A program made the position numbers and the translations under genes. Positions 44,115-53,593 of a stretch of DNA of 64,000 nt are shown piece by piece (position 1 is the stretch's first letter; each line of letters begins with the position of its first letter). The DNA lies in contig JBAQGA010000239.1 in NCBI GenBank assembly GCA_049287565.1, positions 1,522 to 65,521 on the forward strand, written 5' to 3'. Origin of the DNA: Candidatus Aminicenantales bacterium (GTDB taxonomy: Bacteria; Acidobacteriota; Aminicenantia; Aminicenantales; UBA8522). The notes under the pieces are model-generated. The model saw only the letters and a program-made list of their open reading frames with translations. It did no database searches and was not told the DNA's origin.

Positions 44115-46298
44115 ATGTCCATGTCTGAAACTATCGTTCTGGATATCAACAATCGGCCCCTTTCTATAGAGATCGGAAAGATCGGTCGGCAAGCCGATGG
44201 CTCCGCGCTGGTCCGTTACGGCGAGACCATCATGTTCTGCACCGCGACCTCGAAAAAAGAGGTCAAGGAAATGCGCCCGTTCCTGCCGCTGATCGTCGAT
44301 TACCGGGAAAACACCTATGCCGCCGGAAAGATTCCGGGCGGTTTTTTCAAGCGTCAGGGCAGACCTTCGGAGAGAGAGATCCTGGTCAGCCGTCTGATCG
44401 ACCGTCCGGTCCGTCCCCTTTTCCCGGAGGGATATTTTTTTGACACCCAGATCGTCGCCCTTCTCCTCTCCGCCGACCTGGAGAACGAGCCCGATACGCT
44501 GGGCGTCATCGGCGCTTCCGCGGCTCTCTATTTTTCCGATATCCCTTTCACGACACCATTGGGAGCGGTCAAAGTGGGGCTGGTCGACGGCCAGTACTTG
44601 ATCAATCCCACAGCCGCCCAGCTCGAAAAAAGCCCCCTCAGCATGGTCGTCGTCGGCACTGATCAGGGGATCATCATGATCGAAGCGGTGGCCCTCGAGG
44701 TCGAGGACGAGAAGGTCGTCGAGGCCGCCACCCTGGCCCTGGAGCCAATCCGCCGGATCATCGAGGCCCAGAAGGATCTCTTCCGGAAACTCTCCATCAA
44801 GAAACGTGAGTTCACGGTCAAGACCGTGGATAAGGCCAAGGCCGAACAGACAGAGCAGCGGGTCAGCGCCGACCTTCTCAAGGCCATCCAGACCCCTGAG
44901 AAAAAAGCCAGCGAGGCCGAATCCAACCGGATCCTCAAGGCGCTGATCGAGGAAATTCCGCCCGAGAACGAGGAAGAGATCAGCACCACCAAAGAGATCT
45001 TCTACAACCTCGAGAAAAAGTTGGTCCGCGACCTGGTCTTGAACCAGGGCAAGCGCGCGGACGGCCGCGGATTCGACGAGATCAGGCCGATCTCCATCGA
45101 AGTGGGGCTCCTCCCCCGCACCCACGGCTCCGCCCTGTTCACCCGCGGCGAGACCCAATGTCTGGCGACGGTCACTCTGGGGACCTTCGAGGATGTCCAA
45201 AGGCTGGACGGTCTTGGAGAAGAGGCGGAGAAACGGTTCATGCTCCACTATAATTTTCCGCCGTTCTCGGTGGGTGAAGTCTCCTTCCTGCGCGCCGCGG
45301 GGAGGCGGGAGATCGGACACGGCGCCCTGGCCGAAAAATCGATCCTGCCCTCCATCCCCGACGCCGAAATTTTTCCCTATACGATCCGCATCGTCTCCGA
45401 CATCCTAGAATCCAACGGTTCTTCTTCCATGGCCACGGTCTGCGGCGGTGTCCTGGCCTTGATGGATGCCGGAGTGCCTCTGTCCATGACCGTTGCCGGC
45501 ATCGCCATCGGGCTGGTCACAGAAGGATCCCGGTATGCGCTCCTGACGGATATCGCCGGCCTGGAAGACCACCTCGGGGACATGGACCTCAAGGTCACGG
45601 GTACCGAAAAGGGGATCACGGCCATTCAGCTCGACCTGAAGATCCCGGCCATCGGCCTGGAGATCTTACGCGAAGGCTTGGTCAAGGCCCGGAATGCCAG
45701 GCTGGAAGTCCTGGCCAAGATGAAGGAAGCGCTTTCTGCGCCACGTCCTGAGATATCCCCTTATGCGCCCCGGATCCTGACCCTCTTCATCAACCCCGAA
45801 AAAGTGAGCGAGGTTATCGGGCCGGCCGGAAAGGTCATCAAGAAGATCATCGCCGCCACTAAAGCGAAGATCGACATCGAAGAGGGCGGCAAGATCATCA
45901 TCGCCTCCACGGATGTGGAGGCTGCCGAAAGGGCCAAGGAGATGATCCGCGAGATCACCATCGAGGCCGAGGTCGGCAAGGTCTACAACGGGAAGGTCGT
46001 GCGCATCGAAGAGTACGGCGCCTTTCTCGAGATCCTCCCCAATATCATCGGGCTTCTCCACGTCTCCGAAATCGCCCATCACCGGATCCGGAGCGTCCGC
46101 GACGTCCTCAAGATGGGTCAAATGCTCGAAGTCAAGGTCATCAGCATCGACGAGGACAACAAGGTCCGGGTGAGTCGCAAAGCCCTCGAGGAACCGCCCG
46201 CTTCGATGCCGGATTCCGACCGCGGCGGGGATCGCTTTCCGGGGCGGAAGCCACATGACCGGAATCCCCGGGGACCGAGAAATAGATCCCGATTTTGA
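44115..46298 (+). CDS. pnp: Polyribonucleotide nucleotidyltransferase (PNPase)
   Basis: Two RNase PH domains, a KH domain and an S1 domain. 727 aa with a short basic C-terminal tail. Conserved rpsO-pnp order. Confidence 0.95.
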   Translation: MSMSETIVLDINNRPLSIEIGKIGRQADGSALVRYGETIMFCTATSKKEVKEMRPFLPLIVDYRENTYAAGKIPGGFFKRQGRPSEREILVSRLIDRPVRPLFPEGYFFDTQIVALLLSADLENEPDTLGVIGASAALYFSDIPFTTPLGAVKVGLVDGQYLINPTAAQLEKSPLSMVVVGTDQGIIMIEAVALEVEDEKVVEAATLALEPIRRIIEAQKDLFRKLSIKKREFTVKTVDKAKAEQTEQRVSADLLKAIQTPEKKASEAESNRILKALIEEIPPENEEEISTTKEIFYNLEKKLVRDLVLNQGKRADGRGFDEIRPISIEVGLLPRTHGSALFTRGETQCLATVTLGTFEDVQRLDGLGEEAEKRFMLHYNFPPFSVGEVSFLRAAGRREIGHGALAEKSILPSIPDAEIFPYTIRIVSDILESNGSSSMATVCGGVLALMDAGVPLSMTVAGIAIGLVTEGSRYALLTDIAGLEDHLGDMDLKVTGTEKGITAIQLDLKIPAIGLEILREGLVKARNARLEVLAKMKEALSAPRPEISPYAPRILTLFINPEKVSEVIGPAGKVIKKIIAATKAKIDIEEGGKIIIASTDVEAAERAKEMIREITIEAEVGKVYNGKVVRIEEYGAFLEILPNIIGLLHVSEIAHHRIRSVRDVLKMGQMLEVKVISIDEDNKVRVSRKALEEPPASMPDSDRGGDRFPGRKPHDRNPRGPRNRSRF

Positions 46299-46318
46299 GC
46301 GCACACGACGAGGCAGTC

Positions 46319-46840
46319 ATGCCCGGTCTCAGACAGAGAAAGAAAAAGGGGTTTACTCTTGTCGAAATGCTGATCACCCTGACCATCCTGGCCATCCTGG
46401 CCGCCGCGGTCATGCCCCTCGCCAAGGTCGCCGTCAAGCGGGAAAAGGAGATCGAGCTGCGTCGCAACCTCCGGTTCCTCCGCGAGGCCATCGATGCGTA
46501 TAAAAAGTTGGCCGATGAAAAAAAGATCGAGGTGGAGGAGGACTCCGAAGGTTATCCGCCCGATCTGGAGACGCTGGTCAAAGGGGTCGAGGTGAAAGCG
46601 GACCAGTCGCAAGCCCTTCCCGGGGCCGGCCAGCCGCCCACCAAATCCAGTGATGAAAAAAAGATCGTCAAATTCCTGCGGCGCATACCCAAGGACCCGA
46701 TGACAGATTCCATTGATTGGGGACTTCGTTCCTACCAGGACGAACCCGATGATGAAGTCTGGGGAGGCGAAAATGTCTATGATGTTTATACCAAGAGCCC
46801 AGGGACGGCCCTGGATGGCTCGAAGTACCGGGAATGGTGA
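46319..46840 (+). CDS. GspG-like (T2SS major pseudopilin family) prepilin-type protein 1
   Basis: Leader MPGLRQRKKKG|FTLVEMLITLTILAILAA. C-terminal GspG-like DPMTD...W...YDVY...DG..Y.EW. The pnp stop lies within the first few codons of the long ORF. Confidence 0.7.
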   Translation: MPGLRQRKKKGFTLVEMLITLTILAILAAAVMPLAKVAVKREKEIELRRNLRFLREAIDAYKKLADEKKIEVEEDSEGYPPDLETLVKGVEVKADQSQALPGAGQPPTKSSDEKKIVKFLRRIPKDPMTDSIDWGLRSYQDEPDDEVWGGENVYDVYTKSPGTALDGSKYREW

Positions 46841-46844
46841 AACA

Positions 46845-47255
46845 ATGATCGGGACGCGCCTCTATCCGTCGAAAGGATTCACCCTCATCGAGATCATGAT
46901 TGTCTTCGCCCTGATCGGGATTCTCGTCGGGCTGGCGCTTCCCCGCTATCAACATTCTCGTCGCCGGGCCCAAGAGGCCGTTCTGAAGGAAGACCTTTTC
47001 ACCTTGAGAGACCTGATCAACAAATACTATACCGATAAGGGAAAATATCCGGCCTCGCTCCGAACCCTGGTTGAGGATGGATATCTGCGCATGATACCGA
47101 TCGATCCGATGACCGGTTCGGCCGAGACCTGGATGGAGATCAGGGACACCCCCTCGTACGAAGAAATGGTCCCCAACATGGAGTTCGGCATCATCGACGT
47201 TCGTTCCGGTTCCCAGGCCAAAGCCGTGGATGGGACGACTTACGATACCTGGTAG
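46845..47255 (+). CDS. GspG-like pseudopilin 2
   Basis: Leader MIGTRLYPSKG|FTLIEIMIVFALIG. C-terminal DPMTGS...DGTTYDTW. Confidence 0.7.
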   Translation: MIGTRLYPSKGFTLIEIMIVFALIGILVGLALPRYQHSRRRAQEAVLKEDLFTLRDLINKYYTDKGKYPASLRTLVEDGYLRMIPIDPMTGSAETWMEIRDTPSYEEMVPNMEFGIIDVRSGSQAKAVDGTTYDTW

Positions 47256-47260
47256 ATGGA

Positions 47261-47839
47261 ATGACCAACCGCGCTTCTGGCTATGTCCTGATCATGCTTT
47301 TATTCTTGATCACGGCCATGGCGATCGGCCTGATGGTGGCGGTCCCTGTCTGGCAGACGCAGATCCAGCGGGAAAAAGAAGCAGAGCTCATCTTCCGTGG
47401 AAACCAGTACGTCGAGGCGGTTCGGATCTTTCAGCTCAAGAAACCCGGCACTTTCCCCAAATCGCTCGACGACTTGATCAAGGAGAAATGCCTCCGCCGC
47501 CTTTACAAGGACCCGATGAATCCGGACGGCGATTGGAACCTCATCCTCCAGCCCGAGGTTGTCGTCGGAGGTGCCGTCCAGCGCGGTCCTGACGGCAACC
47601 CTGTGCGCCCGGTGCAACGTCGCGGCGCCGCGTTTTCGGTCCAGAGAATCCTGGTTGCCGCAGGAAGTGCTTTGTCTTCGATCCGGAACGCTCAGATCCT
47701 CGGCGTTGTCAGTTCGTCCACCCAAAAATCCTTCCGGATCTATAATGGAGAAGAAAGCTATGACAAGTGGCTTTTCTTCTACGGCCACGACCCGAATAAC
47801 CCGCCGGAGATCCTCTATTACGGCCGTTCCGTCCGATGA
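47261..47839 (+). CDS. Pseudopilin-like protein 3 (degenerate prepilin signal)
   Basis: N-terminus MTNRASG|YVLIMLLFLITAMAIGL has the G+1 but lacks Glu at +5. C-terminal DPMNPDGDW...YDKW. ATGA overlap with lpxB. Confidence 0.55.
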   Translation: MTNRASGYVLIMLLFLITAMAIGLMVAVPVWQTQIQREKEAELIFRGNQYVEAVRIFQLKKPGTFPKSLDDLIKEKCLRRLYKDPMNPDGDWNLILQPEVVVGGAVQRGPDGNPVRPVQRRGAAFSVQRILVAAGSALSSIRNAQILGVVSSSTQKSFRIYNGEESYDKWLFFYGHDPNNPPEILYYGRSVR

Positions 47840-48975
47840 AGTCCGTTCTGATCGTCGCCGGCGAGAATTCTGGAGACAAACACGGAGCGGACGTTGTCCG
47901 AGAATTCAAGAAACGGCACCCGGACACCCGCTTTTTCGGGGTCGGCGGTCGAAGATTGGCCGAGGAGGGAGTCGAGATCATCTGTCCCATCGAGAGGTTG
48001 AGCGCCGTCGGGATCTTCGAGGTCGTGACCCGGCTCCCCCATTTCCGCCGGATCTTCAGCCGGATCAAGAGAGAAACGCAAGTGCGCAATCCCCAGGCCG
48101 CCGTCCTCATCGATTCGCCGGACTTCAACCTCCGCCTGGCCAAGATGTTGCACAAGATCGCCACGCCCGTCCTCTATTACATCAGCCCGACGGTTTGGGC
48201 CTGGCGAAAAAACCGCCTCAAGACCATCCGGAAGGTCGTGACCCGGATGTGCCTGATCTTCCCGTTCGAGAAGAAGATCTACGAAGACCACTGCATCCCG
48301 GCTTCTTTTGTCGGCCATCCGCTCAAGGGTAGGGTTGGGACCCGGCTGAGTCGAGATGAATTCTTGGCCAAACATTCCCTCCCCTCCGAGGTCCGCTTGA
48401 TCACCCTCTTGCCGGGAAGCCGCCGGACAGAAGTCAAGAACCACCTTCCCGTGCTGGTCGAGGTCGCCCGGAGGTTACAGGGCGAACTCCCGGTCCGTTT
48501 CCTCCTTGTTCAGGCCGGGAGCGTTCAGCGCGACTTTCTCGATCGGTATCTTCCCCCGGGAGAGCCGGGAATCGATATTCTGACAGAGGACGGGTATGAA
48601 GCGGTCGCTTATTCCGACTTGGTGCTCTCCTCGTGCGGGACGGCCAACCTGGAGGCGGCCCTTTTGGGCACGCCATTCATCGCCTTCTACCGCCTTTCTC
48701 CTTTCACCTATTATCCCTTTCGCCGCCTCGTGAAGGTCCGGGAATACAGTATTGTGAATATTCTCGCCGGCAGAAAGGTCGTACCGGAGCTCATTCAGAG
48801 GGACTTTCGGGCCGATCATCTCGTTCTTGAAATAAAGGAATTGCTGTTTTCCGAGGATAAAAAGTCCCGGATGAAAAACGAGTTCCGCCGGATCGACGAC
48901 CTCCTGGGAACCGAGAGCGCGGCCGAGAACGTCGCCCGGGAGCTGGAGGCGATCGTCCGGCCCGGGACGTTCTGA
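47836..48975 (+). CDS. lpxB: Lipid-A-disaccharide synthase
   Basis: GT19 family. N-terminal IVAGENSGD. GTANLEAALLGTPFI. 379 aa. Confidence 0.9.
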   Translation: MKSVLIVAGENSGDKHGADVVREFKKRHPDTRFFGVGGRRLAEEGVEIICPIERLSAVGIFEVVTRLPHFRRIFSRIKRETQVRNPQAAVLIDSPDFNLRLAKMLHKIATPVLYYISPTVWAWRKNRLKTIRKVVTRMCLIFPFEKKIYEDHCIPASFVGHPLKGRVGTRLSRDEFLAKHSLPSEVRLITLLPGSRRTEVKNHLPVLVEVARRLQGELPVRFLLVQAGSVQRDFLDRYLPPGEPGIDILTEDGYEAVAYSDLVLSSCGTANLEAALLGTPFIAFYRLSPFTYYPFRRLVKVREYSIVNILAGRKVVPELIQRDFRADHLVLEIKELLFSEDKKSRMKNEFRRIDDLLGTESAAENVARELEAIVRPGTF

Positions 48976-49055
48976 CGGCTCTCTCCTCTTGCCAAGTCCC
49001 CGCCGTGGTGATATTGTCTAGGACGCGGATGAGGTTTCGAATAGGGAGGCGCATC

Positions 49056-49565
49056 ATGAAAAGATTTTTCTGGCTGGCTTTTCTGGTCGTCCTGACGGCC
49101 TCACTCAGCATGTCTCAGGAAAGCAAGATCCTGGAGCTCAAGGAGAAGATCATTGAAATCCAGAACACGGGCGAACTCGGGTTTCGCCATTTCACCTTCT
49201 GCTCGAACATCATCGGCTTCGGCTCCTATGTCCCCATGGCCGAACCGGTCCTGGATAAGAACGGGGAGCTCGTCGTTTATTACGAACCGGTCAACGTTTT
49301 CACCAGTAAAAAAGAAGGTCTCTACGAAATCTGGTACACCCAGGACATGGCCTTGCTCAACACCAAGGACGAAGTCCTCCGAGAATGGCCGAATATCCTC
49401 AATTTCCATTACACCACCAAGACTCCTGTCCTGGACTTGTATGCTCAGAACAGTGTCACCCTGGGCGGCCAAGTGCCGGCGGGCCATTACAAGTTCAAGG
49501 CCGTACTGAAAGACAAACTCAGCGGGAAAAGCGCCGTCAAGATCGTTGACTTCGAAGTCCGCTGA
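49056..49565 (+). CDS. Hypothetical secreted protein
   Basis: Signal peptide MKRFFWLAFLVVLTASLSMSQ. 169 aa. No recognisable family. Confidence 0.45.
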   Translation: MKRFFWLAFLVVLTASLSMSQESKILELKEKIIEIQNTGELGFRHFTFCSNIIGFGSYVPMAEPVLDKNGELVVYYEPVNVFTSKKEGLYEIWYTQDMALLNTKDEVLREWPNILNFHYTTKTPVLDLYAQNSVTLGGQVPAGHYKFKAVLKDKLSGKSAVKIVDFEVR

Positions 49566-50010
49566 GTTCTTTCGGGAGGATGAACTCGAGCCGGTCAGAG
49601 ATACGCAGCCCGTGCTTTTCGGCGCAGCCGGACTGGAGCTCGAGCACAAAGGCGGCAGCCGCGGCGGGAACGTATGTCGGGCAGGGCTCACGGGGACAGG
49701 GCGGGACCCGGGCCTCGATGTGGACAATTCTCTTGCCCCTATCCAGCCAGAGAATATCGATCGGGAAGCGCATATTCTTCATCCAGAAAGAATGGATGTC
49801 CTCTTCAGGGAAGAGAAACAACATGGCCTGATCCTCAAGGATTTGTTCCCGGAACATCAGCCCCCGGGCTCTTTCCTCGTCGTTCACGGCGAGCTCCGCA
49901 ATGACCGCAAATCCGTCGGTGAAAAAAACCTTGACGAACCTGTCCTTCCTTGTCTGTCCAGAGCAATAAAGAGTCAGGAAAGCCACAAGGAGAATGAATT
50001 TTTTCTTCAT
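49537..50010 (-). CDS. DUF192/COG1430 family protein
   Basis: Signal peptide and lipobox-like LYCSG. Conserved GLMFR...FWMKNMRFPIDILWLD...YVLEL pattern. Confidence 0.7.
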   Translation of the reverse strand: MKKKFILLVAFLTLYCSGQTRKDRFVKVFFTDGFAVIAELAVNDEERARGLMFREQILEDQAMLFLFPEEDIHSFWMKNMRFPIDILWLDRGKRIVHIEARVPPCPREPCPTYVPAAAAAFVLELQSGCAEKHGLRISDRLEFILPKELSGLRSQRS

Positions 50011-50063
50011 CGTTTGTCTCCGCCGCCTCTCCGAGGACTGGCCGCCCTTGCCCTGTCGGGTCC

Positions 50064-50711
50064 TCAATGGGTGGACACCAAAGGAACGAAGCGGACCGGC
50101 AGAAGCTTTTTCTTCCGAAAACCCCTCCGTTCACGACTGATGAGGACGAGTTCCTGGAAACCCACGCCGACAGGGATGATCATACGTCCCTGGGGGGCGA
50201 GCTGCTCCCGCAGTCTCTTCGGCACCGCCTCGGCCGCGGCGGTCACCATGATCGCCTCAAAGGGAGAATGCTCTTCCCATCCGACTGTTCCGTTACCTGT
50301 CCGAAAACGGACGTTCGTGTAACCGAGCTTCTGCAGCAACGTTTGGGCCTTTTCGGAAAGCCCGCCGATCAGTTCCACTGTGAAGACGACCGGAACGATC
50401 TCGGCCAGCACGGCCGTCTGATAGCCGCTGCCCGTTCCCACCTCCAAGACCTTCTCCCCTCCCTTGAGCTCGAGGGCCGCTGTCATATACGCGACAATAT
50501 AAGGCTGGGAGATCGTTTGACCCTCTCCGATAGGAAGCGGTTCGTCCCCGTAGGCGAAGGGCTGGAGTTCCGCGGGGACGAAAAGGTGGCGAGGCACTTT
50601 GCGCATAGCGGCCAGGACCCGATCGTCATTCACCCCCCGGACCCGGATCTGAACCTCCACCATGTTCTCTCGCTGACCGCTGAATTCATCCTCTGGATCA
50701 GACAAGCTCAC
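50064..50711 (-). CDS. pcm: Protein-L-isoaspartate O-methyltransferase
   Basis: AdoMet-binding VLEVGTGSGYQTAVLA. PIMT-specific ISQPYIVAYM motif. 215 aa. Confidence 0.9.
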   Translation of the reverse strand: MSLSDPEDEFSGQRENMVEVQIRVRGVNDDRVLAAMRKVPRHLFVPAELQPFAYGDEPLPIGEGQTISQPYIVAYMTAALELKGGEKVLEVGTGSGYQTAVLAEIVPVVFTVELIGGLSEKAQTLLQKLGYTNVRFRTGNGTVGWEEHSPFEAIMVTAAAEAVPKRLREQLAPQGRMIIPVGVGFQELVLISRERRGFRKKKLLPVRFVPLVSTH

Positions 50712-50803
50712 CCTTTTTCCCCTCGCTTTCGCCGCCCGCCGTCGCTCGGTCCCGCCCCGCCCTCATCTCCGGAGCCGGCCTAACCCTGGCGGAGCGCCCG
50801 GCC

Positions 50804-52258
50804 TTAGTACGCTCTGGCGAATAAAACCAGGTTGCGACCTTTCTTGCGGCAGCAAACGCAGTCTCCTACGTTTTCTTCTTTGTTTTTCTTTAGAGGGATC
50901 ACTCGGACGGTGGCCATCGTCTCTTCTTTGATGCGATCCTCACAGGACGTATCGCCGCACCACCAACTTCTGATGAATCCTCGTTTGGACTCGATGACTT
51001 CCTTGAACTCGTTGTAATCAGAAACAACCCGAGTGTTTTCCCTTAGAAACCGGAGCGCCTGAGCGAACAGGGACGCCTGGATCTCTCCAAGCGTTTCTTT
51101 GACCCGCGGGGCCAGCGCCGCCAGATTGGCAAATTCTTTTTTCTGGACATCCCGGCGAACCAGGACGGCGCGGTTCTCCTTGATATCCCTGGGCCCGATC
51201 TCAATCCTGAGCGGGACCCCCCGCATCTCCCATTCGGAGAATTTCCAGCCCGGGGTGAATTCCTCTCGGGCATCGAGCCGGACCCGCCAGCCGGCCTGTC
51301 GGAGTTCCTGCTCGATGGCCAAAGCGGCCGGGAGGACGTTCTCCTTCCAGTTACCCAGCGAGATGGGGACGACGACGACTTGGACTGGAGCCACCTGCGG
51401 TGGGAGTCGCAATCCTGAATCGTCCCCGTGGGTCATCACCAGGGCGCCTATCAAGCGCGTCGACATCCCCCAGGACGTCTGCCAGACATACTGCAGTTTC
51501 TGTTCGCGGTCCTCGAAACGGATGTCAAAGACTTTGGAGAAGTGCTGACCGAGGTTGTGCGATGTGCCCATCTGGAGGGCTTTGCCATCCGACATCAACG
51601 CTTCGATGGCATAGGTCTCCAGCGCCCCGGCGAATTTTTCCCGGAGCGTTTTGCGGCCTTCGACCACGGGTATGGCCAGCTCCGACTCAACAAATCCCTT
51701 GTAGAGAGAGAGGATCTTAATGGTCTCTTCCTGGGCTTCATCGAACGTCTCGTGGGCCGTGTGCCCCTCCTGCCAGAGGAACTCAGTTGTCCTGAGAAAT
51801 GGCCGGGTGACCTTTTCCCAACGCACAATATTGGCCCACTGGTTGATCAGCACCGGAAGGTCCCGGTAAGAATGAATCCACTTGGCGTACATCGAGCCGA
51901 TGATGGCCTCGGATGTCGGCCGGACGGCCAACCGTTCCTCCAACTCTTCCTGGCCTCCCCGGGTGACCCAGGCGACCTCCGGGGCGAATCCTTCCAGATG
52001 CTCCATCTCCTTCTTGAGGAAGCTTTCCGGGATAAATAGGGGAAAATAGGCGTTGACGTGCCCGCTCTCTTTGATCCGTCTATCCAGCAGCCGCTGGATG
52101 TTTTCCCAGATCGAGTAACCGTCGGGCCGGATGACCATCATGCCCTTCATCGGGGCATAGTCCGCCAGCTCCGTTTTGCGGATGATCTCTAAATACCAGC
52201 GGGAAAAATCCTCGCTCTTGGCGGAAATTTTCTTGACAAACCGTTCGTCCTTGACCAC
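50804..52258 (-). CDS. proS: Proline--tRNA ligase, archaeal/eukaryotic type
   Basis: Class II aaRS motifs. C-terminal Zn-binding domain with a terminal Tyr (...CCRKKGRNLVLFARAY). Lacks the bacterial-type INS editing domain. 484 aa. Confidence 0.9.
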   Translation of the reverse strand: MVKDERFVKKISAKSEDFSRWYLEIIRKTELADYAPMKGMMVIRPDGYSIWENIQRLLDRRIKESGHVNAYFPLFIPESFLKKEMEHLEGFAPEVAWVTRGGQEELEERLAVRPTSEAIIGSMYAKWIHSYRDLPVLINQWANIVRWEKVTRPFLRTTEFLWQEGHTAHETFDEAQEETIKILSLYKGFVESELAIPVVEGRKTLREKFAGALETYAIEALMSDGKALQMGTSHNLGQHFSKVFDIRFEDREQKLQYVWQTSWGMSTRLIGALVMTHGDDSGLRLPPQVAPVQVVVVPISLGNWKENVLPAALAIEQELRQAGWRVRLDAREEFTPGWKFSEWEMRGVPLRIEIGPRDIKENRAVLVRRDVQKKEFANLAALAPRVKETLGEIQASLFAQALRFLRENTRVVSDYNEFKEVIESKRGFIRSWWCGDTSCEDRIKEETMATVRVIPLKKNKEENVGDCVCCRKKGRNLVLFARAY

Positions 52259-52396
52259 GCATCACTCCAGGTTGCGATTTCCGGTTCATTCTATTCGCCG
52301 CCCTTTTCTTTGTCAAGAAACATGGCGGTTGCTCCGGACCGTTGATGAAAAGGGTAAGGGGGTGAGGGAAGGCATCACGGTGCGGCGAAAAAAAAT

Positions 52397-52440
52397 TCAC
52401 CCCTCGTTTCATCCAAAGGGGTGATTGACCCCTCTATAAG
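52397..52440. promoter_or_regulatory. Array of CACCCCT/AGGGGTG half-sites (inverted and direct) in the proS/PilZ divergent intergenic region
   Basis: TCACCCCT-N12-AGGGGTGA followed by TTG-ACCCCT-C-TATAAG. Operator-like palindromes overlapping a possible -10 (TATAAG) for the PilZ-LuxR genes. Confidence 0.3.
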
Positions 52441-52482
52441 GGCATGGCAAAGTGAACACCGAAAAAGGAAAAGGAAGCGAAG

Positions 52483-52842
52483 ATGTTATCGAAATCCTCG
52501 CCATTTCAGCCTGAAAAAACCGAAAGGAAAGACCAGATCTTCAACCTGCCTCTTCCCACCGTCGTCGAAGGCCGCAACGCCGCAGGGAAAGCATTCCAGG
52601 AGAAAACCGTCCTCTTCTACATCAGCCATCACGGCGCTTCGTTCAACCTGTTCAACACCATTGCCTTGGGCTCGAAGCTGAAATTGATCATCGACCTCCC
52701 TCCCTCTCTGGCCGATGACAAGAACCTGAAACTCGTTATCAATGGGAAGGCGGCATTGGTCGAGGCCAACCATTCGCATCCCTCGAAGCAGCGAGTTTCT
52801 CTGCGCTTCGAAAACAAGTATTTCATCAAAGCCGCCGGATAA
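52483..52842 (+). CDS. PilZ-like domain protein 1 (degenerate c-di-GMP-binding motifs)
   Basis: AAGGAAG ribosome-binding site. Shares the L.LP....EG....G..F.E.T....IS..GA.F.L......G..L.L.IDLP pattern with the two paralogs below. KxxxK replaces RxxxR. 119 aa. Confidence 0.55.
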   Translation: MLSKSSPFQPEKTERKDQIFNLPLPTVVEGRNAAGKAFQEKTVLFYISHHGASFNLFNTIALGSKLKLIIDLPPSLADDKNLKLVINGKAALVEANHSHPSKQRVSLRFENKYFIKAAG

Positions 52843-52909
52843 GAAAATGGCCTCTCCGACTTCTCCTCGGGGGAAACTCGGGGGGAGCGCTGAGGCCTAA
52901 TCGTTTTGG

Positions 52910-53389
52910 ATGACGAAAATGTCAAAAAAATCACCCTGCGATTCACCGCCAAGAGGGATTGTCCTCTTGGAGAGCACCGGGGATAATGACTTTCCGAACA
53001 TGGAAGAAAAGCAAGAGACCCTAAAACCCTCCATCCACGGCGCTTCCAAGGCCGGGAAGAGGGAGCGTGCTTTCGAGCTCTCTCTTCCCGCCTTGGTAAC
53101 CGGCCTGGATGCCATGGAAAACAGGTTTCGCGAGAAAACCCTGATCAGCTCGATCAGCGCCGAGGAGGCCACCGTCTGGCTTCGCTCCCCGGTGACGATC
53201 GGAGCCAAGTTGGACATCTCGTTGGATATTCCGAAGACATTGATCTTGGAGAATAGCCTCAAACTGCAGTTGTCCGGGACCGTCAGACTCGCCCAGATAG
53301 ATTCCACGCGGCTCGGGAAAAAGCAGCTGGTCTCGCTGCAGTTGGACAAGAAATTCAAACTCCTGCCCATCCCGCCGAATATCAATTAG
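52910..53389 (+). CDS. PilZ-like domain protein 2 (degenerate)
   Basis: Same paralogous fold pattern (FELSLPALVTGLD...ISSISAEEATVWL...GAKLDISLDIP). 159 aa. The N-terminal RxxxR motif is degenerate (KRER). Confidence 0.5.
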   Translation: MTKMSKKSPCDSPPRGIVLLESTGDNDFPNMEEKQETLKPSIHGASKAGKRERAFELSLPALVTGLDAMENRFREKTLISSISAEEATVWLRSPVTIGAKLDISLDIPKTLILENSLKLQLSGTVRLAQIDSTRLGKKQLVSLQLDKKFKLLPIPPNIN

Positions 53390-53593
53390 CCCCTTTTTTC
53401 CTGTCTGCGTCTCAGTCAACACGGGAACTCGGCCTTATAAAAAAGCCATTTCAGGTGCGGAACAGCCCAAGGCGAGCTTATGGATGAACCTTTACTTGAC
53501 AAGAAGGAAGTGATTTAATAGAATTTCGCCGGACCAAGAGTGAGAGTGGATATTCCGACGTTGGGGTTAAGACATATAAAGAGTGAGTGAGAT

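Noticed and set aside
44061-45320. 419-aa minus-strand ORF
   Set aside because: It is antisense to pnp.
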